Positions 45,845-52,812 of a DNA stretch of 64,000 bases are shown here, piece after piece. The first letter of the stretch is position 1. Every line of letters starts with the position of its first letter. A program made the position numbers and the translations under genes. The notes under the pieces are model-generated. The model was not told the origin of the DNA. It saw nothing but the letters and a program-made list of their open reading frames with translations, and made no database searches. The stretch covers positions 8,075 through 72,074 of the forward strand of contig OY970216.1 of NCBI GenBank assembly GCA_963713955.1. Reading direction: 5' to 3'. The stretch is from an uncultured bacterium. Its GTDB lineage: Bacteria > Patescibacteriota > Minisyncoccia > UBA6257 > GWB1-50-10.

Positions 45845-46870
45845 ATGAAAACCTGCAAAAACATTTTTGAAAAGATAATCTCGCCAGAAAATCTTTTTTT
45901 GGCTTGGGACGCGTTCAAAGGCGACAAGCGGAATAAACCTGACGTTCTCCGGTTTGAATGGAATCTGGAACAGAACATTTTCCGGTTGCACGGAGATTTG
46001 AAAGATAGAACCTACCAGCATGGCCCCTATGCGAGCTTTTACATCAACGATCCGAAGCAGCGCCACATTCATAAGGCGACGGTTCGAGACAGGATTCTGC
46101 ATCACGCGGTTTTCTCGGTTATAAATCCAGTCTTCGAGCCGACCTTCATTCCGACTTCTTTTTCTTGTCGCATCGGATACGGCACTCATAAGGGTGTCGA
46201 GACTCTGGAAGAGATGATAAGAAGGGTAAGTAGGAATAATACGGCTCCCTGTTTTGTCTTGAAATGCGATGTTCAGAAATTTTTTGCGAGCGTAAGCCAC
46301 GAAATTCTGCTCTCCATTCTGGAAAAGAGAATTAAAGACGATGATGCAATGTGGCTTATGGGAAGCATCGTTAAAAGCTATGAGAGCGTGTCCAGGCGAG
46401 GCATCCCCATAGGGAATTTGACCTCCCAGCTCTTTGCCAACGTCTACATGAACGAACTTGATCAGTTTATGAAGCACGTGTTGAAGGTAAAATATTACAT
46501 TCGCTACACCGACGACTTCGCCGTAGTCGCTGGAGATAAAAAATATTTAGAAGAACTCCTGCCGCTTATATCCAAATTTCTTGAAAATAAACTCGCTCTC
46601 AAATTACATCCTAATAAAACCATATTTTTATCAATATGTCAAGGCGTAGATTTCCTCGGATACGTGATTTTCCCAAAACATAGACTTATCCGGTTACAGA
46701 CAAAGCATCGGATGTTTAAGAAATTGGAAAAACTGATGGAAGAATACAAAGCTGGAAATATCACCAAATTAAACTTCGAGCAGTCTCTCCAGTCTTATCT
46801 GGGTGTCTTATCTCATGCGGATACCCACACGATACGGGAAGAACTGTTGAACAAGTTCTGGATTTCTTAA
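45845..46870 (+). CDS. DGR-type reverse transcriptase
   Basis: RT motifs including IPIGNLTSQLFANVY (the DGR-specific I/LGxxxSQ in place of the group II QGxxxSP) and YIRYTDDFAV (YxDD); 341 aa with no maturase or endonuclease domains. Confidence 0.9.
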   Translation: MKTCKNIFEKIISPENLFLAWDAFKGDKRNKPDVLRFEWNLEQNIFRLHGDLKDRTYQHGPYASFYINDPKQRHIHKATVRDRILHHAVFSVINPVFEPTFIPTSFSCRIGYGTHKGVETLEEMIRRVSRNNTAPCFVLKCDVQKFFASVSHEILLSILEKRIKDDDAMWLMGSIVKSYESVSRRGIPIGNLTSQLFANVYMNELDQFMKHVLKVKYYIRYTDDFAVVAGDKKYLEELLPLISKFLENKLALKLHPNKTIFLSICQGVDFLGYVIFPKHRLIRLQTKHRMFKKLEKLMEEYKAGNITKLNFEQSLQSYLGVLSHADTHTIREELLNKFWIS

Positions 46871-46895
46871 CCTACGCTCCGCCTTTTTACCGACA

Positions 46896-47261
46896 TTACG
46901 TCTCTTCCTTTTCACGCTTCGGCGTCTCGTGCGGTATCTTTGCCGTATTGATTCCGATCTTCGCCATTCTTCCGCCTCCCGAGAAGAGGAGGAAGACAAA
47001 AAGATATTGGAGAACGATGTCCCCGAGCTTCCCGATGCTTTGGGAGACGACCGGAGGCACGCCGACCGATGTTTCTCCGAGATGGACGTTATTCACCGAA
47101 ACCGTGCTTTGCGCCGCGTCTCCTTTCCCTTCAAGAATGGAGGGGATATTGTTTCCGTGGAACACGCTGAACCCGTACCAGACGCCAAACCCGATTATCG
47201 CCGCTCCTCCTATAATGAGGATTAAGCTTAGGATGACGTAGTATTTCTCCTTGTGCTTCAT
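46896..47261 (-). CDS. small membrane protein, hypothetical
   Basis: N-terminal TM (YYVILSLILIIGGAAIIGFGVWYGF) and a C-terminal hydrophobic segment. Confidence 0.35.
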   Translation of the reverse strand: MKHKEKYYVILSLILIIGGAAIIGFGVWYGFSVFHGNNIPSILEGKGDAAQSTVSVNNVHLGETSVGVPPVVSQSIGKLGDIVLQYLFVFLLFSGGGRMAKIGINTAKIPHETPKREKEET

Positions 47262-47377
47262 TGAATTTTGATTATCCCGGCGCTATACAGGCCGAATTCG
47301 GCGAGCCAGAGCGCGGCGGATACCAGCACCCAGAACCACCAACGCAGATAGAGTTTGACTTTGGGTTTTTCGTTCAT
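47258..47377 (-). CDS. 39-aa single-TM micro-protein (not in the ORF track; ATGA-coupled to the downstream gene)
   Basis: MNEKPKVKLYLRWWFWVLVSAALWLAEFGLYSAGIIKIQ. Confidence 0.25.
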   Translation of the reverse strand: MNEKPKVKLYLRWWFWVLVSAALWLAEFGLYSAGIIKIQ

Positions 47378-47393
47378 GATATTTGTTTCAACG

Positions 47394-47546
47394 TCAGCTT
47401 AACGGCTGGTGCAGCGCAAGACGGATCGCACTAACGATAGCCGCAGCCACCAGCCAGCCGACAGCGAGCGCGGAAACGACCTTGAGAACTATTTTAACAA
47501 CCAACCAAAATTTCTTCATGGGTCCGTTTTTGGTTTTTCCGTCCAT
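47394..47546 (-). CDS. 50-aa single-TM micro-protein (not in the ORF track)
   Basis: MDGKTKNGPMKKFWLVVKIVLKVVSALAVGWLVAAAIVSAIRLALHQPLS. Confidence 0.25.
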   Translation of the reverse strand: MDGKTKNGPMKKFWLVVKIVLKVVSALAVGWLVAAAIVSAIRLALHQPLS

Positions 47547-47550
47547 AAGT

Positions 47551-47766
47551 TTATTTCGCATTGTTCAACGACGCAGAACTTAGAATGAAGTTCTGGATGA
47601 TGGGGCATCGCTCCGCTTCGTCCGCCGGAACGGTGAACGTGGCGTCCGGCTGGTATTCCTTGAAAGCGCAGTCCACGAGCGAAGGCGACGGCCCCGTTTT
47701 CCAGAGGAGGGTTACGGCGACCAGCAATACTACGATTATTCCCACTAACCAGATGAGAGATTTCAT
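47551..47766 (-). CDS. 71-aa small membrane/secreted protein
   Basis: MKSLIWLVGIIVVLLVAVTLLW TM or signal; overlaps the stop of the upstream gene. Confidence 0.3.
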   Translation of the reverse strand: MKSLIWLVGIIVVLLVAVTLLWKTGPSPSLVDCAFKEYQPDATFTVPADEAERCPIIQNFILSSASLNNAK

Positions 47767-48734
47767 TTCGTGAGGTTAATTGGAGCCATGATGATGGTAT
47801 CGCTCGCCCCGCCTTCATCGCCCATGGGGAGCAAGAAAGTTCCGCCACCCCTGTAGAGTTTGCCGTAGTCTCCCTGCTTGTACGAAATGATGGTGTAGCT
47901 CGGCTCGTTCATTATCATCGCGCCGTTTTCGTTCGTGCAGGTTGTGTTAATGGACAATATGCTGTCCGGCGTGAAGTAGGCGGTATTCGTGCTCGTGCTC
48001 TTGAGCGCGACCCAGCCGTTGTTCGCCACGCTGAAAGAGCATCCACTCTTATTCGCGCTCATCGTCACCTTGATCCTTGCGGGTCCGAAGACGTTCAGTC
48101 CTCCCCAGTTGGAGTTTATGATCCCATCGGACTCCAGCACTTCGGCCGAGACGCTCACGTCCTTCGCCGTTGACGATGCCGCAAAGGCGCCGGTCTTCGG
48201 AAGATCGGCACCCCCCGCCGCGTTCACCGCCGCGTCTTCCTCGCTCTTCACATACAGGGCGAGCTTGAACGTTGCGTCCGTGAACTCCTTGACGGCGGGG
48301 CAGCTGTTTAACTTTATGTTTTCGTCAGGCGTGAGGCCGAAGGACGAATCGTTCAAGTATTTGTTCATGTCCGAACCCAAGGCGTCCTTGAGACACTGCT
48401 GCACCGACGGAGGAGCGCCCGTCGAGAGAGTGAGCGCCGTGGTGCTCGTGTTCACGCAGCCGCTACTGCTCATAAGCTTTTGGGTCGAACTGGTTACAAT
48501 CCCTTCGCTGTATGCGGCATTGAAGGCATCGCCCATCTTGGACTGGAGGCAGGCCACGAACTCACTGCTCGTCGAGTAGAGGTCGATAAACGCTTGGAAC
48601 GGGTTCGGCTTCACGACTTGGGGGAGCTTGGCGGCGGCGAATTGCTGGACGGGGCGGTACAGCAAGAAGGCGGTTGCTCCCGCCGCAACAATTACGACGA
48701 TGACTACGCCTAAAATTATTTTGTTTTTGTTCAT
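47763..48734 (-). CDS. N-terminally anchored extracellular Ser/Thr-rich protein, hypothetical
   Basis: TM IILGVVIVVIVAAGATAFLLY, then a 300-aa Cys-containing beta-rich domain. Confidence 0.4.
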   Translation of the reverse strand: MNKNKIILGVVIVVIVAAGATAFLLYRPVQQFAAAKLPQVVKPNPFQAFIDLYSTSSEFVACLQSKMGDAFNAAYSEGIVTSSTQKLMSSSGCVNTSTTALTLSTGAPPSVQQCLKDALGSDMNKYLNDSSFGLTPDENIKLNSCPAVKEFTDATFKLALYVKSEEDAAVNAAGGADLPKTGAFAASSTAKDVSVSAEVLESDGIINSNWGGLNVFGPARIKVTMSANKSGCSFSVANNGWVALKSTSTNTAYFTPDSILSINTTCTNENGAMIMNEPSYTIISYKQGDYGKLYRGGGTFLLPMGDEGGASDTIIMAPINLTK

Positions 48735-48845
48735 AAATTTTTAAAGAAAAAAGCTAACCGGCGGGTTCGACGTTTAGCTTTGTGCAGAAACACAAAGCCC
48801 CCAGCCAGTGATCCCTTGCGAGACCCATACCAGTTTCCCGATATG

Positions 48846-48895
48846 ACGATTGCGCGTGCTCTGACTAGGAGCTTTCTATGCGCAATCGTTTTTTA
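48846..48895 (+). terminator. plus-strand hairpin plus T6 in a 380-bp ORF-free gap between two minus-strand genes (candidate sRNA 3' end)
   Basis: ACGATTGCGC-N24-GCGCAATCGT followed by TTTTTT. Confidence 0.3.
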
Positions 48896-49112
48896 AACCC
48901 TGCCGCAGGCTTTCCTACGGGTTAGGTCTCATATGAAATTGTATGGAGTCAATAGTAACACAACGGCAGGAAAAGGCAAGATTAAAAACGCCCGATTTTA
49001 TATGAAATATCAGGCGGTTGTTACCATAGTCGGCTTGCTCCTTGTATATAAGTTTGCTATACTTTAGTTAACGTAGCAACGAAATGAACAAGCTTTACGA
49101 TATAGTTCAGTA

Positions 49113-49880
49113 CTAGTTGGCTGGTATCGCCAGCTCTACGGCGAACGTGTCTTTTGCTATTCGCTCCGTACCCTTAAATGGCTCTACCAAGTCGTCAAAG
49201 TAATGTAAATTTTCCGGCCGAAGAGTCTCGGATAGATAAGCTTCAGCTCGCGTTTTATCGGCGATGTAATCTTTGGCTAGCTCCCTGTTTTCAGGTTTTT
49301 CTAAAAATCCTTTAAACTGCTTCGGGGTTAACGTACCTCTGTAATAACCCCATTTCCTCGTTAGACAATGTACGAGGTTGTTTTCATTTATAAGCAACTC
49401 GCGGAGTATTCTTTTCTTTAAATCCTTCTCGCCTATCTTGTTTATATCTATCTCATCGATATATGCGATAGCATCCCTGAAAGAAAGCAAGGCATTATTT
49501 ATTTGAGCCAATCTTTTGGAGCCGTGTTTAATACCCTTGTCATGGGCGGCTCCATCGCGGACATTCTCGTATTCATAAATCTCCAAGTGAGATATTCCTA
49601 AAGTGCGGGCCATCTGCGATTTGGATATGCTTCTCTCTTTCTCCCAGTTCTTTGCGTTCTCCTCTAAAATCTGTTTTCTTAATGCCTCGATTTCCTCTCC
49701 GGTCATCTGGAGCAAAAGGTAATTCGCCGCTCCCACGAGTGCTATGATCAGAGCGAGAAACGCCATGAGATTTAAAGCGTCTCCCGGCGAGAAAACTTTA
49801 GGCCATATAAAAGCAGCGAATCCCATTAAGACAACGGCAGCGAGAAATAACCCGATAATCCACCAAAATGTAACTTTCAT
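49113..49880 (-). CDS. membrane protein with a cytoplasmic helical domain, hypothetical
   Basis: Two N-terminal TM helices; ...SQMARTLGISHLEIYEYE is an HTH-like segment. Confidence 0.4.
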   Translation of the reverse strand: MKVTFWWIIGLFLAAVVLMGFAAFIWPKVFSPGDALNLMAFLALIIALVGAANYLLLQMTGEEIEALRKQILEENAKNWEKERSISKSQMARTLGISHLEIYEYENVRDGAAHDKGIKHGSKRLAQINNALLSFRDAIAYIDEIDINKIGEKDLKKRILRELLINENNLVHCLTRKWGYYRGTLTPKQFKGFLEKPENRELAKDYIADKTRAEAYLSETLRPENLHYFDDLVEPFKGTERIAKDTFAVELAIPAN

Positions 49881-50121
49881 ATATAAGCTTATTTTTTAAC
49901 AAACCCCTTAGGCTCTTATTATACCACCCCCGTTTGACACCAGCCCACCAAAAATGGTATCCACTATCAGCCCATTACCTCCCCCGCCCGAGCCAATCGG
50001 TGCGGAGGAAGGCGGAGCGCAGGAGAGCTTGCCTTCCGCCTGCCGCAAGATAATCGCTCCCGGTTGTCTTGCGGAGGAATGAAGCTCGTATCATAAAAGA
50101 TATACAATAAAGGGACGCAAC

Positions 50122-51420
50122 GTGCGCCCCTTTTTGTATTTTCTGATGGACGACATCCTCCCCATCGGCAGGACGACCTCCCATTCGAGCGGGCTTGTCT
50201 TCGGAATCCGGACGAGAGACCGGCGACACCACATGTATGTCGTGGGGCAGACCGGCACGGGAAAATCGACTTTGCTCAAGAATATGGCGATAACGGACAT
50301 CCGGGGCGGGCGCGGCTGCGCCGTGATAGACCCGCACGGGGAACTCGTCGAGGACATCCTTAACTTCATTCCTTCTAAGAGGGCGAACGAAGTCGTGTAT
50401 TTCAATCCCTCGGATGTCGAGAATCCCATCGGCTTGAACATTCTCGAAGCGAGGGACGAGGAGGAAAAGCAACTGGTCGCCTCGTCCTTGATCTCGGTAT
50501 TCAAACACCTATGGAAGGGGTTCTGGGGGCCTCGGCTGGAACACGTCTTCCATAACGCCATATTAGCTCTTATGGATACGCCGGGGAGCACCCTCCTCGG
50601 CGTTTATCGTATGCTCGCGGACGACGATTACCGCCGCCTCGTCGTTTCCCACGCGAAAGACCCCATAGTTAGGTTGTTCTGGGAAAAGGACTTCGACGAA
50701 TATCCGCCTCAATTCCGCAAAGAGGTCGCCTCTCCTATCCAGAACAAGATCGGGCAATTGCTCACGAACACGCCCTTGCGGAATATCGTGGGACAGACGA
50801 CGAGCACGATTGATCTCAAATACATCATGGATAACCGGAGAGTCCTTCTCGTGAACCTCGCGAAAGGCAGAATCGGAGAAGACAAGGCGAACCTTCTCGG
50901 GTCCGTCCTCGTTACCAAGCTCTATTTGGCCGCTTTGGAGAGGCAGGCGATCCCGGAGGAGGAACGCAAGGACTTCTACCTCTACGTTGACGAGTTCCAG
51001 AACTTCTCGACGGACGTGTTTCCTTCGATACTCTCGGAGGCGAGGAAATACCGGCTGAACCTCATCTTGGCTCACCAGTATCTCCACCAGTTGACCGACG
51101 AGGTGCGGCACGCCGTCTTCGGAAACGTGGGCACTTTGGTCGCTTTCCGCGTGGGGAGCATAGACGCGGAGGAACTCGCAAGAGAGTTCCTGCCCTCGTT
51201 CGGGAGGAGCGACCTCGAATGCGAGGACAACTACCACACTTATATTAAATTGATGATCGACGGCAAGCGTTCGCTTCCCTTCTCGGCGGAAACGCTCCCG
51301 CCCCTCTGCCTTATGGGCGACGAGGCGAAGAAAGACATTCTGATTCAGGTTTCACGGGAGCGTTTCGCTTCAAAAAGATGCGAGATCGAATCCAAAATCG
51401 AAAAATGGATTGGCAGGTGA
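50122..51420 (+). CDS. P-loop ATPase, paralog of 42543-43925 (TraD/VirD4- or HerA-like)
   Basis: VVGQTGTGKST, DPHGE, YLYVDEFQNF; roughly 45 percent identical to the first ATPase. Probably a GTG start. Confidence 0.55.
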   Translation: MRPFLYFLMDDILPIGRTTSHSSGLVFGIRTRDRRHHMYVVGQTGTGKSTLLKNMAITDIRGGRGCAVIDPHGELVEDILNFIPSKRANEVVYFNPSDVENPIGLNILEARDEEEKQLVASSLISVFKHLWKGFWGPRLEHVFHNAILALMDTPGSTLLGVYRMLADDDYRRLVVSHAKDPIVRLFWEKDFDEYPPQFRKEVASPIQNKIGQLLTNTPLRNIVGQTTSTIDLKYIMDNRRVLLVNLAKGRIGEDKANLLGSVLVTKLYLAALERQAIPEEERKDFYLYVDEFQNFSTDVFPSILSEARKYRLNLILAHQYLHQLTDEVRHAVFGNVGTLVAFRVGSIDAEELAREFLPSFGRSDLECEDNYHTYIKLMIDGKRSLPFSAETLPPLCLMGDEAKKDILIQVSRERFASKRCEIESKIEKWIGR

Positions 51421-51476
51421 TCCATTTTTCGCTCGTTTGTTCCTCGGCCATGCGGGCCTTGAGCTGTTTTTTTATT

Positions 51477-51804
51477 TCCTCCCTTTTTCCTTCCCTTTTC
51501 CTTCCGGCCTCGGGAGCATCTCTGACGCGCGACGTGAAGCAGAGGCCGCCCCCCATTCCTTCCCTTCGACCCTTCCCATGGGGGCGGCCTCTGCGGGAGA
51601 CGAGCCGACGCACCGGTAAGGGGCGGAGGCGAGTATTGTCGGGGACAAGGTTTTCGAGGAAAGCCCGGTGGAATCTGGACGAAAGAGGGGTGAGGGTAGT
51701 CAATCGTGATTGACGGGGTGATTGACTAGGCTCGGGGGTATCCAAAATCAGAAATTTTGGGTAAAATAGGTCTTAACTGCTCCGTATAAATACTCAAGTT
51801 TCAC
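51477..51804. repeat. right copy of the roughly 330-bp inverted repeat
   Basis: Reverse complement of 39591-39919. Confidence 0.8.
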
Positions 51805-51986
51805 ACAAAGGTTATTTTCCCCAAAATTTTCACGGGCTTCGCGGAGCGAAGCATAAGGTTTGATGGGGCTAAATACGATGCGACGGTTTTTTAGAGAGAG
51901 GTTCGAGAGTTAAGGGTATAACACTTGCCCCACACCACCCGTGCGCGTGTTATGAATCTTGCTGATTTGATAATCAGCTACTCCCT

Positions 51987-52526
51987 TTAGATCACTAACT
52001 TCCCGTTATTTGCGACATATGCGGATAAGGTTATCAGATTCGTAATTGCGATGACGAAATTCGTTTTGTGGAGAGTTTGGCCGACACCCAAATTATCCAA
52101 ATCTTTTGCGTGTTGCTTCTCGTGGAAATAATAGCCATAGAGCCATTTCTTTATCACGTCCTCGCCAGTTTCAGATTTACTATTAATAATCATTTTTATG
52201 GTGGGTTCTTTCATTAGTGATGCGTAGATATCCTTACATTTTTGAAGATTATTAATGATCTTCTGATCTGTAGTATTGGCGATAAGCAAATCGCAGATAT
52301 CCGGCAGATACACACCATCTTTCTTAAGAGTAAATTTCCTCAAGTCCAAAAGCATTGAACGCAAATCTTCCTCATCGAAGCCCGTGGTTTCTTGCTTGAG
52401 AGGTTGTCCTGCTTCAAAGTTTAATTGATAGCCGACTTTTTTGGTTTCCCTCGTAAACCTTGCGTTCTTCACTTTTTCAACGATAGAAATAAACTGCTCG
52501 ACCTTCTCCTTATTTGACGGGTTCAT
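51987..52526 (-). CDS. hypothetical protein (element cargo)
   Basis: 179 aa; AT-rich gene with no recognisable motif. Confidence 0.35.
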   Translation of the reverse strand: MNPSNKEKVEQFISIVEKVKNARFTRETKKVGYQLNFEAGQPLKQETTGFDEEDLRSMLLDLRKFTLKKDGVYLPDICDLLIANTTDQKIINNLQKCKDIYASLMKEPTIKMIINSKSETGEDVIKKWLYGYYFHEKQHAKDLDNLGVGQTLHKTNFVIAITNLITLSAYVANNGKLVI

Positions 52527-52532
52527 GTCTAA

Positions 52533-52760
52533 TTATAAAAGGTCTTTAGGTCTTATACCTAACGCTTTTGCAATCTTTTCTATGTTCTTGAGTGTTGGGT
52601 TTCTTTCGCCGCGCTCTATCTGACTGATATAGGTTGAATGAACGCCCAAACTTCTCGCAATATCTCCTTGCGATAATTGCTTCTTGAGGCGGATGGCCTT
52701 GATCTGCTTTCTAACTCTTGTGGATATGTCCGTGTTCGCCATTGTTTTCATTATTATCAT
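52533..52760 (-). CDS. XRE-family (Cro/cI-type) HTH transcriptional regulator
   Basis: LSQGDIARSLGVHSTYISQIERGERNPTLKNIEKIAKALG. Confidence 0.75.
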   Translation of the reverse strand: MIIMKTMANTDISTRVRKQIKAIRLKKQLSQGDIARSLGVHSTYISQIERGERNPTLKNIEKIAKALGIRPKDLL

Positions 52761-52812
52761 AACAGTTGCCGTGCTATTGCTCTATGGAACGCAAATGCTC
52801 TATAATAGAACC

